Notes: generated from the sequence alone by a model not told the origin. Counted from the stretch's first letter, positions 27,491 to 38,019 are shown. The stretch is DNA of 64,000 bases from Puniceicoccaceae bacterium (GCA_040830445.1 JBFOLZ010000051.1:5933-69932), one strand, 5' to 3'. Translations and numbers: made by a program.

Positions 27491-27924
27491 TTAAGCCTGA
27501 TTTCCTTCTCACAGGCCGCCATGAAGGCATCGGTCCAGAAGACCGGTCGGTGGCTTTCCTTGTCGACCTTGCAATTGAGGCGCATCCCCCGGCAATAAAG
27601 GGTCTCCAAATCCGGGCTGCGGATCTCAAACTGGATTTCGAGCTTGGCAGCACGAATGGCGACCGGCCAGAGGACGACCGTGATATCCCGGACACCCTCG
27701 ATCGGGACAATGTACTCCGCTTCCAGCTTGCGCACGACAATGTACATGTCGGGGAAATTGCGCCAGTCGAACCGAGGTGCGCCAAGAACCGACTCCATCC
27801 ATGCCTGCTGGGCCCGTTCGATGAAGACAAAGTACCGGGGATGGTGCAGAATCATCTGCCCGTCCAGCTGGTCGTAATAGGTCTCCGTGTCGAAGTAGAA
27901 GTGTCCGGGCAGTCGTTCTGGCAT
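27475..27924 (-). CDS. Acyl-CoA thioesterase (hotdog fold, 4HBT/YbgC-like)
   Basis: YDQLDGQMILHHPRYFVFIERAQ, VVRKLEAEY..PI and ATKLEIQFEI-type strands. Confidence 0.8.
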   Translation of the reverse strand: MPERLPGHFYFDTETYYDQLDGQMILHHPRYFVFIERAQQAWMESVLGAPRFDWRNFPDMYIVVRKLEAEYIVPIEGVRDITVVLWPVAIRAAKLEIQFEIRSPDLETLYCRGMRLNCKVDKESHRPVFWTDAFMAACEKEIRLKESAL

Positions 27925-27976
27925 GGGGAAAGGCTAGCCAGAAATCAGGAATTTTCCAGTCCTTAGCAGAACAAGC

Positions 27977-28987
27977 TTAACCATGGGGCGTTTTGCCTTC
28001 TTTCCATGCCGCCAGGTACCTTTCCATGCCCTCGCTGGAGGGAAAGGCCTCCGGGCGATAATCCAATTCACGCCGGGCGGCCTCGATGGAGAACCAATGG
28101 CTCTTGGCCATCTGTTGGGCAACAAACCGGGTCATAGGTGGAATCGACTCCTTGCCCAACAGGCGCCACGCAAATTCACAGATACCCCCAATGCGGAAAG
28201 CGGCAGAATGGGAAATCCGCTTTTGCAGCTGTGGCATGCCGAGACCCTTGAGGATGTCGTTTAGCCATTCCCATAAAACCACCGGCTGACCCTGGGAAAG
28301 GAAATAGGGGCGATTGACCGCTGACGGTTTCTCCAAAGCCTGCAAGGCCAGCAAATGGGCCCGGGCTGAATTCTCGACCCGCGTCATGTCGATCCGGTTT
28401 TTGCCGTCACCAACGATACGAAGGCGACCTGCCTCACTGCGCCGGATGACGGGGGGAAGAACGTGCGGATCACCGATACCCCACATCAGGTGGGGGCGCA
28501 GCGCAATCACCCGGCCGCGCCCTTCCCTGCCCCAGGCCAATACCATTTGCTCGGCCAGCGCTTTGCTTTCCGGGTATGGACAATGCCAGTTGCACCCATA
28601 TGGCAGGGATTCATCCGCCCCGTTAAAGGACCCTCCATTAAAAACAACACTGGGCGAACTGCAATAGACCAGCTTGTCTGCCCCCTCTTCATTCATCAGA
28701 TGAAGGAGTTCGCGAGTGCCATCCACGTTAGTGGCAAAGAAATCTGAACGGGAACCCCAAACACCTGCTTTGGCAGCTGTATGAATGACGGCTTGGCACC
28801 CGGACAGGGCCGTGCGGACGGCATCCGTATCCAAAAGGGAACCACAAACCACAGTCACGCCCAACTCTTCCAGGTCCGGATGCGCGCTTCGCTGCAGGGA
28901 TACGACACGATGCCCTGCACCAATGAGCTCACGAACGATATAACGGCCGAGGAATCCTCCGCCTCCTGTAACCAGAATTTTCATCAT
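27977..28987 (-). CDS. oleD: OleD-like 3-beta-HSD / NAD-dependent reductase (2-alkyl-3-oxoalkanoate reductase)
   Basis: ILVTGGGGFLG, HTAAKAGVWG, NV.GT..L, SSPSVVF.G, YPESKALAE, LRPHLMWG.GD and AKSHWFSI.AARRELDY.P; directly after oleC. Confidence 0.82.
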   Translation of the reverse strand: MMKILVTGGGGFLGRYIVRELIGAGHRVVSLQRSAHPDLEELGVTVVCGSLLDTDAVRTALSGCQAVIHTAAKAGVWGSRSDFFATNVDGTRELLHLMNEEGADKLVYCSSPSVVFNGGSFNGADESLPYGCNWHCPYPESKALAEQMVLAWGREGRGRVIALRPHLMWGIGDPHVLPPVIRRSEAGRLRIVGDGKNRIDMTRVENSARAHLLALQALEKPSAVNRPYFLSQGQPVVLWEWLNDILKGLGMPQLQKRISHSAAFRIGGICEFAWRLLGKESIPPMTRFVAQQMAKSHWFSIEAARRELDYRPEAFPSSEGMERYLAAWKEGKTPHG

Positions 28988-30597
28988 TTATTCAGCCGTC
29001 GGGCCAGTTCCAGTCGGTTTATCTTGGCGTTGTGCCGGACATCGACCGGAAAGGCCCGGCAAAAGAATACCGCCTTGATGCCCGCCGTCAACGGATGCTT
29101 TGCCCCGAGTTCCAGAACGGCATCCTGCGTCAGTGAGGCACCGGGTTCCGGCTCAATGGCAATGGCCGGTTCCTGGTCAGGCGCTTCGCCAAGGCCAATC
29201 AGGGCCGACCGGTGGACGCTAGGCAAAGTATTGAAAATGCCCTCGCAGCAATCCGTGTACAGCGGTCCATCGGAAGTCATGACCCGCTCGGCGATCCGCC
29301 CGCAAAACCACAACAGTCCGTCAGCATCAATATAACCCGCATCCCCCATGCGATGCCAAACCCGACCTTCGGCGTCCCGGACCTTGGCCCGGCGGGTTGC
29401 TTCAGTAAGATTGTCGTATCCCTTGGTCACACTCGGGCCGGTGGCAATAATCTCACCTATTTCACCCATGGGAAGCTCGGTGGCTTCCGACAATTCCCCG
29501 ATCGGCTTGTCCTCAATGGCAATGACTTTTACTTCGACCCCGGCCACCGGACGCCCGACACAGGTCCCCGCCCCGGAGACGCTCTTTTCGGCGGATTCGC
29601 GAAGGATGGTCTCTCCATCGATGCAGCTTACTGGCAGGCACTCGGTTGCCCCGTAGGGCGACCACAAGCGGGCATTGGGAAAGACAGGTTGCAGCTCGCG
29701 AACAAGCCCCGGTGGGACCGGTGCACCGGCCATGAGGATACGGCGCATGCCCGGCAGGACCCTGCCCCTCTCGGCCGCCCGGCGGGCAATGAGCTTCCAC
29801 AGGACCGGTGAGCCAAAGCTGTTGGTCACCCCGCATTGCTCAAGTGCCTGGAGCAGCTTGTCAGGATCGGCCTTGGCCGGCTTTCCCGGATGGATCTCCG
29901 GGACCACCGTAGTCATTCCGAGGGCGGGATTAAAAAGGGAAAACACCGGCAGCATGGGCAGATCGACCTCGCCTGGCTCAACCCCGAAAGTCTCCCGGAT
30001 GAGCCGAACCTGTGCGTCAAATTGCCCGTGGCCGTAGAGCACGCCCTTCGGGGGACCGGTTGATCCGGAAGTAAACAAGATGGCCGCCAGCTCGTCTGGG
30101 TCCGGCTCTGCGACGGGAAAGCCGCTCTCCGGAAATTGCCCGTACCAGCGGGCGAACTGCCTGCCCACTGGAACACGGTGCCTGAGGGAGCGAAAACTGC
30201 CCGGGAAGAGTCGACTGATCCACTGGGCCAGCGGAATGCCGACCAAGGCCTCCGGTTGCGTGCGGCGGACACAGCTGAGAAAGTGCTTCAAGCCCATGCC
30301 AGGATCGATGACAACCGGAACGGCCCCCAGTTTGAAGAGGGCGAAACAACAGCGAATGAGGTCACTGCCCGGCCGCACCATTAACAATGTGCGCATTCCC
30401 GGGCGCAGGCCCTTGTCCAGCAACCCGTGGGCCACTTGTTCGGATTGGGCTTGGAGGTCTGAGAAGGTCAGTTTTTCATACCGGATGCTGCCATTGCCAG
30501 CCCGTCCGCGTGGCGCCAGGACCGCTGTTGAGCCTGGCTGAGAGGCGGCACACTCCCCGAGATAGCGTGCTACGTTGGCGGAGGTTCCGTTGCTCAT
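28984..30597 (-). CDS. oleC: OleC-like AMP-dependent ligase (beta-lactone synthetase)
   Basis: LLMVRPG....FALFKLGAVPVVIDPGMG, AAILFTSGSTGPPKGV, SPYGATECLPV, WHRMGD.GY.D..G.LWFCGR and FPVDVRHNAKI.R. Confidence 0.87.
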   Translation of the reverse strand: MSNGTSANVARYLGECAASQPGSTAVLAPRGRAGNGSIRYEKLTFSDLQAQSEQVAHGLLDKGLRPGMRTLLMVRPGSDLIRCCFALFKLGAVPVVIDPGMGLKHFLSCVRRTQPEALVGIPLAQWISRLFPGSFRSLRHRVPVGRQFARWYGQFPESGFPVAEPDPDELAAILFTSGSTGPPKGVLYGHGQFDAQVRLIRETFGVEPGEVDLPMLPVFSLFNPALGMTTVVPEIHPGKPAKADPDKLLQALEQCGVTNSFGSPVLWKLIARRAAERGRVLPGMRRILMAGAPVPPGLVRELQPVFPNARLWSPYGATECLPVSCIDGETILRESAEKSVSGAGTCVGRPVAGVEVKVIAIEDKPIGELSEATELPMGEIGEIIATGPSVTKGYDNLTEATRRAKVRDAEGRVWHRMGDAGYIDADGLLWFCGRIAERVMTSDGPLYTDCCEGIFNTLPSVHRSALIGLGEAPDQEPAIAIEPEPGASLTQDAVLELGAKHPLTAGIKAVFFCRAFPVDVRHNAKINRLELARRLNK

Positions 30598-31733
30598 CGA
30601 CTGGCTTCCTGCAGGCGCTCGTCGCACTCATGGGCCCGGTGCAGGCAGTCTTCGGTGTCCTTGCCAAGGAATGTCAGGTGGCCCATTTTCCGGCCCGGCC
30701 GTGGCTCGCCCTTGTCATACAGGTGCAGCTTGGCCTTGGTGTCCTGGAGGATGGCCGCCCAGTCCGGTTCCCCGTTCTTCCAGACATCGCCGAGCAGGTT
30801 GAGCATGCAGGCGGGGGTGTGCTGCCGGGCCAATCCCGGATGAAGGCCACACACCAGGCGGATGTGCTGTTCAAACTGGCTCGTCAGGTGGGCGTCGATC
30901 GTCAGGTGTCCGGAATTGTGCGGACGCGGGGCCATCTCATTGACCACCCAGCCATCGCTGGTCAGGAAAAGTTCCACCGCAATCAAGCCCACCAGGTCCA
31001 GTCCGTCTGCAATCGCCAGGGCAATTTCGCGGGCCTCATTCTCGAGGGAATCATCAAGGCCGGCCGGACTGACAGAGGTATGCAGGATATGGTTTCGGTG
31101 GGTGTTGTGGATGAGCGGATAAACGCAGGTCTGGCCCAGCACGTTGCGGCCGCAAAGGACGGAGTATTCACCCGAAAATTCCACCCAGCCTTCCAAAACG
31201 GCTGAATGCCCCTCATAGGGTGCCCAGATGGGTTCAAGGTCCATGCCTTCATCGATCCGGACCTGCCCCTTGCCGTCGTAGCCAAAGTCAGCCGTCTTCA
31301 GAACAGCCGGTTTACCAATCAGCTCCACGGCCTGTTCCAACTCGGCCAGGCTGTGGACAACCGCGAAGGGCGCGCAGGGAATGCCGCTGACCTTGAGGAA
31401 CTGTTTTTCCCGGGCCCGGTTCTGGCAGACTTCGAGGGCCTTGCGGCCTGGATAAACCGTCACCGAATCCGCCAGGATATCGAGCGTGCGCGCCGGGATG
31501 TTTTCAAACTCGAGGGTCGCGATATCGACCTTGCTGGCGAATTCACGCAATCCGGCTTCATCGTCATAGGGCGTTTCCACCTGGTGGTCCGCCACCATCC
31601 CGGCTGCGGAAGGTGCCTTTGGTTCAAGGACAACAAACCGGTAGCCCATGGCCCGGCCGGCAAGGATGGACATACGGCCCAGTTGGCCGCCACCGAGCAT
31701 TCCAATGGTTGCACCTGGCAGGATTGGGTTCAT
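30594..31733 (-). CDS. purK: N5-carboxyaminoimidazole ribonucleotide synthase
   Basis: [54 protein letters not shown] and [15 protein letters not shown]. Confidence 0.97.
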   Translation of the reverse strand: MNPILPGATIGMLGGGQLGRMSILAGRAMGYRFVVLEPKAPSAAGMVADHQVETPYDDEAGLREFASKVDIATLEFENIPARTLDILADSVTVYPGRKALEVCQNRAREKQFLKVSGIPCAPFAVVHSLAELEQAVELIGKPAVLKTADFGYDGKGQVRIDEGMDLEPIWAPYEGHSAVLEGWVEFSGEYSVLCGRNVLGQTCVYPLIHNTHRNHILHTSVSPAGLDDSLENEAREIALAIADGLDLVGLIAVELFLTSDGWVVNEMAPRPHNSGHLTIDAHLTSQFEQHIRLVCGLHPGLARQHTPACMLNLLGDVWKNGEPDWAAILQDTKAKLHLYDKGEPRPGRKMGHLTFLGKDTEDCLHRAHECDERLQEASR

Positions 31734-32230
31734 GCGTCCGGCAAGTCCATGGCTTCAACCTTGGCCCGCAGGCCCTCACGGTAGGCGATTAACCGATCCC
31801 GCAATTCCTCGTCCTCAAGGGCGAGGATGGCCGCTGCACTAAGGGCGGCGTTCTTGGCCCCGGCATCCCCGATGGCCAGGGTCGGGACCGGAATCCCCGC
31901 TGGCATCTGGACAATCGAAAGCAGGGAGTCCATTCCACTGAGAGCACGGCTGCGGACCGGTACGCCAAGGACCGGAAGATGCGTCATTGAAGCGGTCATT
32001 CCGGGGAGATGGGCCGCCCCGCCGGCCCCGGCAATAATGACTTTCAGACCGCGACTGGCTGCGGTCTCCGCATACTCAACCATCCGTTTGGGCGTCCGAT
32101 GGGCGCTGACGATTGACTTCTCGTAGGGAACCTCAAGCTCGTCCAGGATGAGGGCTGCCTCCTTCATGGTTTCCCAGTCTGAAATGCTTCCCATGATGAT
32201 TCCGACCTTTGCGGCATCCGTGTTTTCCAT
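31730..32230 (-). CDS. purE: N5-CAIR mutase
   Basis: [32 protein letters not shown] and [11 protein letters not shown]. Confidence 0.97.
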   Translation of the reverse strand: MENTDAAKVGIIMGSISDWETMKEAALILDELEVPYEKSIVSAHRTPKRMVEYAETAASRGLKVIIAGAGGAAHLPGMTASMTHLPVLGVPVRSRALSGMDSLLSIVQMPAGIPVPTLAIGDAGAKNAALSAAAILALEDEELRDRLIAYREGLRAKVEAMDLPDA

Positions 32231-32283
32231 GATTGGGAAACTATGGGAGGCCTCGCGGTTTGAGCAACCCATTTTGAGCATTC

Positions 32284-33219
32284 TCAAGTGGCCATCGCCA
32301 AAAGCACCACACCCGCGACGCTGACCAGTGATCCGAGGATGGCCATGGCACTTGGACGGTCACCCTCAAGGTACCAGGCAAGCGGCATCACCACCAGGGG
32401 CGTCATGGCGACAATTGGCTGGACGATGGCACTGGGTGTGGTGGCAAGGGCCCACTGGAAGCAGATAATCCCGAAGACCGGACCCGAGGCCGCCGTCAGC
32501 ACCACATACAGGGTCTTGTTGGAAAGCGGATCGCGGGCATGGTCCGGCCGAGGGTGTGAACGCCAGGAACGGACGATGAAACTGAGGAGAAAAAAGGCGG
32601 CGATGATCAAGGCTCCCCCCAGAAGTCGCTGGTAACCAGTCGTGGCGCCCATCCAGATGCTTTCCAGAATACCTTCCCCACCCGTCCAGTTGCCGGCTGC
32701 ATTGGCCTCCGCATAGGCCTTGCGGCTGAGGACCGCACCCAGTCCTTGCCCTGCCCCGGCCAGCAACCCGAAGGCCAGTCCGGCAATGAAAGTCGGCATG
32801 CCGGCGGTCGGAATATTCCTGGGCGCCAGGGCAATGACAATGCCGAGGAGGATAACTCCCACTGAAAGGATCTGCGGCCAACTGAGGGTTGTTCCCAACC
32901 AGGCCCATTCGGCCACCCCGGCAATCGGCGCGGCAAGACATTGAGCCATGAGCAAGGTCAGACGGGAACCGATTCGCGGCAGGGCATAGAAGACACCAAT
33001 GTCACCAAAGCCGAAGCCAATTACCCCGCTGAGGAAGAAGTAGATCAACCCGCCGCCACCGATTCCCAAGCCAAACAAATGGGCCATCAGCCCAAGGGAG
33101 ACAACCGCCAGCAGGATGCGGGCAAGGTTGGCCAGGTTCTCCCCCAGTTGCTCGATGGAGCGTCGGGTGGCAATCACACAGTAGCTCCACAGGAAAGTTG
33201 TCAGGATCGCCGGAATCAT
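32284..33219 (-). CDS. EamA/DMT family transporter
   Basis: ~10 TM helices, two EamA-like halves, [11 protein letters not shown]. Confidence 0.85.
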   Translation of the reverse strand: MIPAILTTFLWSYCVIATRRSIEQLGENLANLARILLAVVSLGLMAHLFGLGIGGGGLIYFFLSGVIGFGFGDIGVFYALPRIGSRLTLLMAQCLAAPIAGVAEWAWLGTTLSWPQILSVGVILLGIVIALAPRNIPTAGMPTFIAGLAFGLLAGAGQGLGAVLSRKAYAEANAAGNWTGGEGILESIWMGATTGYQRLLGGALIIAAFFLLSFIVRSWRSHPRPDHARDPLSNKTLYVVLTAASGPVFGIICFQWALATTPSAIVQPIVAMTPLVVMPLAWYLEGDRPSAMAILGSLVSVAGVVLLAMAT

Positions 33220-33539
33220 GACGGTTCCCCGGTTGCGTCAAAAGTCTTCCAGGGAAGTGCCTGCAAGGCCTCCAGATCCCCCTCGGCAAGGAAGGTCCAT
33301 GCCTCGGCGGCCCTGTCAGGGGGCACTCCGGCCAGTGTCCGGATGACTTCCCCGGCCTCTTCCCAGACCAGGATGCAACCCCTGCGGTATCCCAGGACGA
33401 TTCCCGTACTGGAGGTCAGGTAGACTTCCGGATAATCCGCTTCAAGCGCATCCTCGACCGAGTCCAGGATGCGGCGGCGCTCGGCGGCGGCCGGCACCAT
33501 CCGGGTCACCCCGTCCAGGTCTGTTGTGAAAAACTCCAT
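33216..33539 (-). CDS. Hypothetical protein (107 aa)
   Basis: ATGA overlap with the EamA gene, operon position and acidic globular composition. Confidence 0.6.
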   Translation of the reverse strand: MEFFTTDLDGVTRMVPAAAERRRILDSVEDALEADYPEVYLTSSTGIVLGYRRGCILVWEEAGEVIRTLAGVPPDRAAEAWTFLAEGDLEALQALPWKTFDATGEPS

Positions 33540-33551
33540 ACAACCGAAAAA

Positions 33552-34412
33552 TCAGGCCTCCCACCTGGCGAAGAGGGAAAGTGGCAGCAGCCTGCTGGAG
33601 CCGCTGCACTGCAGGGCCAACTCACCGTACTCAAGCCGGCCACCCGGGAAGTAGTCCTCCATGAGACATTTCAGCATCAGTGAGGAGGCTTCAAGGTTGT
33701 ACATCGTCAGGACGACCAGGCCATCTTTTGGCTCCAGGATTCGCCGGACATTTTCCAGGAGGAGGCCGATCTGCTGCTCGACCTTCCAGAGTTCCCCCTT
33801 GGGACCCCGACCGAAGCTGGGCGGGTCCAGGAGGATCGCATCATAGGTTCGCCCCCGGCGCACCTCGCGGGCGACAAACTTGAAGGCGTCATCGAGAATC
33901 CAGCGGACAGGGGCGTCCTCCAACCCGCTCAAGGCCTGGTTGTGGCGGGCCCAGTTGATGGCCGGCTTGGAGGCATCGACATGGGTCACCTCCGCGCCCT
34001 GGCTGGCGGCAACCAGGGTGGCGGCACCGGTGTACCCAAACAAATTTAGCACCCGTGGACGTTGTCGGCTGGAGAGGCGCTCCATCAGCCAGCGCCAGTG
34101 GGGCTCCTGTTCCGGAAAGACGCCGACATGCTTGGACATGTCCGTCAGGCGGGCCTCAAAGCGCAGGCCCTCAAATTCCAGCAGCCAGGTCCGCTCCGGA
34201 TGGCCGCGCAATTTCCATTTGCCTCCGGCATCATTGATTTCAGCATCCGCCTGACGCCAGTCAGCGATACTGGAATCCTCGGTCCACCATGCCTTGGGTT
34301 CGCCCCGGATCAGGCGGTGGTCGCCAAACCGCTCCAGCTTGCGCCGGCCCCCACAGTCAATGAGGGAGTAAGCATCCCATTGGGAACTTAGAATCGCCGG
34401 GCCCGATGCCAT
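33552..34412 (-). CDS. Class I SAM-dependent methyltransferase (RlmI/RlmK-like C-terminal domain)
   Basis: LIDCGG.RKLERFG, KHVGVFPEQ, VLNLFGYTGAAT, HVDAS and D.ILLDPPSFGRG. Confidence 0.88.
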   Translation of the reverse strand: MASGPAILSSQWDAYSLIDCGGRRKLERFGDHRLIRGEPKAWWTEDSSIADWRQADAEINDAGGKWKLRGHPERTWLLEFEGLRFEARLTDMSKHVGVFPEQEPHWRWLMERLSSRQRPRVLNLFGYTGAATLVAASQGAEVTHVDASKPAINWARHNQALSGLEDAPVRWILDDAFKFVAREVRRGRTYDAILLDPPSFGRGPKGELWKVEQQIGLLLENVRRILEPKDGLVVLTMYNLEASSLMLKCLMEDYFPGGRLEYGELALQCSGSSRLLPLSLFARWEA

Positions 34413-34435
34413 CGGATTGCTTCTGCCGACAGCCC

Positions 34436-35080
34436 CTATTCCAGCACGCGGGCACTGAGGATAAGGATCGGCTCCACTGGGACGTTCTGCATGCCATCCA
34501 CTTCGCCGACATCCACCAGCGCCATGGCATCGATAACGCTCATGCCCTCGTAAACGCGCCCAAAGACAGCATAGCCGCCCGTTATCCCATCCCCATTGAA
34601 TCCGGGATTGTCGACGAGGTTGACATAAAATTGAGCTGTGGCGGAATTCATGTCCATCGTCCGGGCAATGCCAACCGTCCCGCGCAGGTTTCTCAGCCCA
34701 TTGGAGGCCTCGTTGCGAATCGGCGGATTGGTCCGCTTCTGGTCCATGTCCACCGTGAATCCACCTCCCTGGACCACCTGGCCAGCCTGAACACGGTGGA
34801 AGATGGTGCCTGAGTAAAATCCAGCCTCAACGTAATCGAGGAAGTTTTCCACCGTCACCGGTGCCTGGTCCTCAAAGAGCTCCAGCACAACCGTGCCCAT
34901 CGAGGTAACCAGCTCCACCTTGCGCAGTGATTCCTGTTGCCGTTCCAGGGCCTCCGCATCAAGGGTCGGCCAGACCTGAGTGTCTCCCGGTCCGTAGAGC
35001 ACAGGGTGTTGTTTGCCACGGCAACCAGCCAGAGACATCAGGAATACAATAGCGAAAACAATGGATAAAAATTTCCTCAT
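34436..35080 (-). CDS. Cyclophilin-type peptidyl-prolyl isomerase, lipoprotein
   Basis: Lipobox LAGC, AP.TVENFL.YV..GFY.GTIFHRV, QGGGF, RGT..IART....SAT.QFYVN and GYAVFG.V. Confidence 0.93.
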   Translation of the reverse strand: MRKFLSIVFAIVFLMSLAGCRGKQHPVLYGPGDTQVWPTLDAEALERQQESLRKVELVTSMGTVVLELFEDQAPVTVENFLDYVEAGFYSGTIFHRVQAGQVVQGGGFTVDMDQKRTNPPIRNEASNGLRNLRGTVGIARTMDMNSATAQFYVNLVDNPGFNGDGITGGYAVFGRVYEGMSVIDAMALVDVGEVDGMQNVPVEPILILSARVLE

Positions 35081-35089
35081 GGTGCTGCA

Positions 35090-35917
35090 TTATCCGTCAG
35101 CAGGCTGGGATTTCAAGCGCTGAAACGCATCCATGAAGCGATTCAGGCGATCGGGACACAAATCCTCTAGAAATGCCCCCTTCCTGCGGAAGGTGGAGCC
35201 GACAATAAAACCGTCGGCGTGCGGGAAAAACCGGTCCAGGTTGTCCGGGTCAAGGCCGGACCCGATAAGGAGGGGCAGCCGGCAGGCCGAGCGGGCCTCC
35301 TGCAAGTCCTCGATATCCGGCTCGGCCCCGGTCCGGGGACCGGTGATGATAATCCCGTCAGCATGAAAAAAGTCCGCCTGCCGGACGTGTTCCCCGAGGG
35401 GCAAATCCCCGGTCAGGGCATGTGAGCAATGTTTCTTGCGGACATCGGCGAAGACCCGGACGTGATCCGCCCGCAACCGTTTCCGCTCGCGCAGCAAGGT
35501 CCCCGCACACCCCTCGATGAGGCCGGCTCCCCCGATGTGGGCAAAGACATAGCCCTCCGCCCGGATGAACTCCAGTTTGCAGGCCGCGGCGATTTGCATC
35601 GCCTGCAGGTTGGCCGCTTCCAGAAGTTGCAATCCGACTGGCTCTGCACACTCCATCCGCACCAGGGAACAAATCTGCTCCACCAGTTGGCAGGCCTCGT
35701 CCGCGAGGGGCGGCTTGATATAGGGCAGGTCCCCGCTGTTCTCCAGCAGGACCGCATCCGCCCCGGCAGCCTTATATTGCCGGAGGTCCTCCATTGCGCG
35801 GTCGATGATGGCCTGAATGCTTCCTCCATACCCTGGCGAACCGGGTAACGGGCGCAATCCAATCATGGCGATGAGGGATTTCCGGGGGAAGGAATTGGCA
35901 GGCTCAACCAGGCTCAT
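35090..35917 (-). CDS. BtpA/SgcQ family protein
   Basis: IAMI.L.PLPGSP.Y, D...LEN.GD.PY, VFADVRKKH, ADGIIITG..TG and ADGFIVGS. Confidence 0.88.
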   Translation of the reverse strand: MSLVEPANSFPRKSLIAMIGLRPLPGSPGYGGSIQAIIDRAMEDLRQYKAAGADAVLLENSGDLPYIKPPLADEACQLVEQICSLVRMECAEPVGLQLLEAANLQAMQIAAACKLEFIRAEGYVFAHIGGAGLIEGCAGTLLRERKRLRADHVRVFADVRKKHCSHALTGDLPLGEHVRQADFFHADGIIITGPRTGAEPDIEDLQEARSACRLPLLIGSGLDPDNLDRFFPHADGFIVGSTFRRKGAFLEDLCPDRLNRFMDAFQRLKSQPADG

Positions 35918-35919
35918 GC

Positions 35920-38019
35920 TCAGGCACTCTCCGGATCTTCAAAGTGCTCATCGAAGGGAATCGTCACCGTGAAGGTGGATCCCTTGCCCTCGTCACTGAC
36001 AACCATGATGGAGCCGCTCATGAGGTCGACCAGCCGTTTGCTGATGGCCAGTCCAAGTCCGTTGCCGTCGGGTTCGGCGGATGTTTCCTTGCCGCTCTGG
36101 TTGAAGGGTTCGAAGACGGTATTCAACCGCTCGGCGGAAATCCCCACTCCGCTGTCGGAGATATCGATAATCATGTGCCCGGAATCGCCTACCAGCTTCT
36201 CGTAGCGTGCCGCAACCCGGACATGCCCCCTCTCGGTGTATTTGATGGCGTTGTTGATAAGATTGGTCAGCACCTGGCCAAAGCGTGTCGAATCCCCGAT
36301 GACGATGTCCGGCACAGTCTCGTCAATCTCCAACTCCAGGCGGAGCTTTTTCTGCTGCACCTGGCGCAGGGCCAATTGCTCGCAATAGCTGAATATCTCG
36401 GAAGGGCGAAATGGCTCCTGTTCCATTTCCAGCCTGCCGGACTCCATCCGGCCAAGATCCAGCAAATCGTCCATGAGGACAAGGAGGTTGCGGCTGCAGA
36501 CACGGATGGTATCAAGGTACTTGCGCTGGGCAGGGTCCGTTACCAGCTCGTCGAGGATGCTGGCCATTCCCACCAATCCGCTCATCGGGGCCTTGATCTC
36601 GTGACTGATATTGGAAACGAACTGGCTCTTGAGCCGGTTGGCATGTTCCGCCGCCTCCTCGGCAATGCGGGACTTTTCGACCGATTCACGCAGGCGCTCA
36701 TTGATGTGGTGCTGAGTCCGGATCCGCAAAATCAGGACAAGGACAAGGATCGCGAAGAGCAGGAACAGCAGGACAGTATAGAAGAGCGGTTTCGACTCGG
36801 GAACAACTTCCTCCTTGAACAGGTTGTCCCGGTAGAAATCCCACTCGGACTCAAGACGGTCCACACGGGTCATGGCATTGCCCAGCAACCCATAACAGGT
36901 CCGCGCGGCGGTGTAGGCCTCTTCAAGATTTCCGGACCGGGTCAGCAATTCCCCGCGGGCAGCGTGGGCATAGGCAACCACATGGGATTCGCCTTCACGG
37001 AAGGCAAAGGCAGCCAGTTCCTCAAGAAAGGGCCTTTGCAGGGAGACACGGGGATTGGCCATGTACTCCCGCGCATATTGTGCCAGAAGGGAGGCATAGG
37101 TTCCCGGGCTACCAGCATCATGGAACGCCTCGGCGGATTGTTTCAGATACTGGCGCAAAACGCTTTCCTCGTCCCCCATCCAGGCCGCGTGTACCGCCCG
37201 GTACCAATTAAGCCATCCCAATGTCACGGAATTTTCGATACCTTCCTCCGAAGCCTCCGCTTCTTCAAGGAAGCGCTCAACGAGGACCGGCTTATTCGTC
37301 AGGAGGGCGAAGTTGGCTTTTTGCAACCAGAACTGCTGGAGGACCTCTTCCCGGAAAAGGAGACCGGGCTCAACCTCGATTTGCTCAAGGGAGGCGTGCA
37401 TCCTGTCAGCATCCCCGCAATCCGCGTCAGTGATGACCTGCAAAAGAAAACTGGCCGCCTGGCATTCCGGATCCTGGAAACCGCCAAGGGCCTCCACTTT
37501 CCGGAGAATGTCCCTGGCCAGGAAAGGCCGGCCCAGTCGCAAACTTGCCCGGACACCGGATTCCAACAGGTAGAGCTTGGTGGGCCGTTCGGCTTCCGGG
37601 CTGATCCCCTTCAGCCCCTCAAGGAACTGGTGCAGGCCCGCCTCGTATTCCCCGTGACGGGTATTGAGATCGGCCAATGCGGCCTGGATACCGACGACAA
37701 CATCGTCCGCTGCCGGGGACATCAGGACCTCCACCAAGAGACTTTGCAATTCCTGCCGTGTCGCTTCAAAGCCCTTCTGCATGGCGAGGGCCGGAGCCAG
37801 CGCCAGGGTCAGCTCGATGGATTGTTCCCGCGTCCCGGCTTGTTCAGGAAGCAGGCCTTCCTTTTGCGCCATTTCCAATGCGGCCATTGGGGAATAGCGG
37901 CAGATCTGGCGCAGGAGCCGGACTTTCTCCCCGTAGGCATCCCCGGCAGGCTGGGCAACTGCCGTGGCCACGCAAACCGCGGCCATCACCAGGAGGGGAA
38001 AAAAGCGGCCACGCCTCAT
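35920..38019 (-). CDS. Sensor histidine kinase (helical/TPR-like extracytoplasmic domain, HisKA, HATPase)
   Basis: KSQFVSNISHEIKAPM, N box QVLTNLINNAIKYT, G1 DSGVGI, F box FEPF and G2 GLGLAISKRLV; no receiver domain. Confidence 0.92.
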   Translation of the reverse strand: MRRGRFFPLLVMAAVCVATAVAQPAGDAYGEKVRLLRQICRYSPMAALEMAQKEGLLPEQAGTREQSIELTLALAPALAMQKGFEATRQELQSLLVEVLMSPAADDVVVGIQAALADLNTRHGEYEAGLHQFLEGLKGISPEAERPTKLYLLESGVRASLRLGRPFLARDILRKVEALGGFQDPECQAASFLLQVITDADCGDADRMHASLEQIEVEPGLLFREEVLQQFWLQKANFALLTNKPVLVERFLEEAEASEEGIENSVTLGWLNWYRAVHAAWMGDEESVLRQYLKQSAEAFHDAGSPGTYASLLAQYAREYMANPRVSLQRPFLEELAAFAFREGESHVVAYAHAARGELLTRSGNLEEAYTAARTCYGLLGNAMTRVDRLESEWDFYRDNLFKEEVVPESKPLFYTVLLFLLFAILVLVLILRIRTQHHINERLRESVEKSRIAEEAAEHANRLKSQFVSNISHEIKAPMSGLVGMASILDELVTDPAQRKYLDTIRVCSRNLLVLMDDLLDLGRMESGRLEMEQEPFRPSEIFSYCEQLALRQVQQKKLRLELEIDETVPDIVIGDSTRFGQVLTNLINNAIKYTERGHVRVAARYEKLVGDSGHMIIDISDSGVGISAERLNTVFEPFNQSGKETSAEPDGNGLGLAISKRLVDLMSGSIMVVSDEGKGSTFTVTIPFDEHFEDPESA

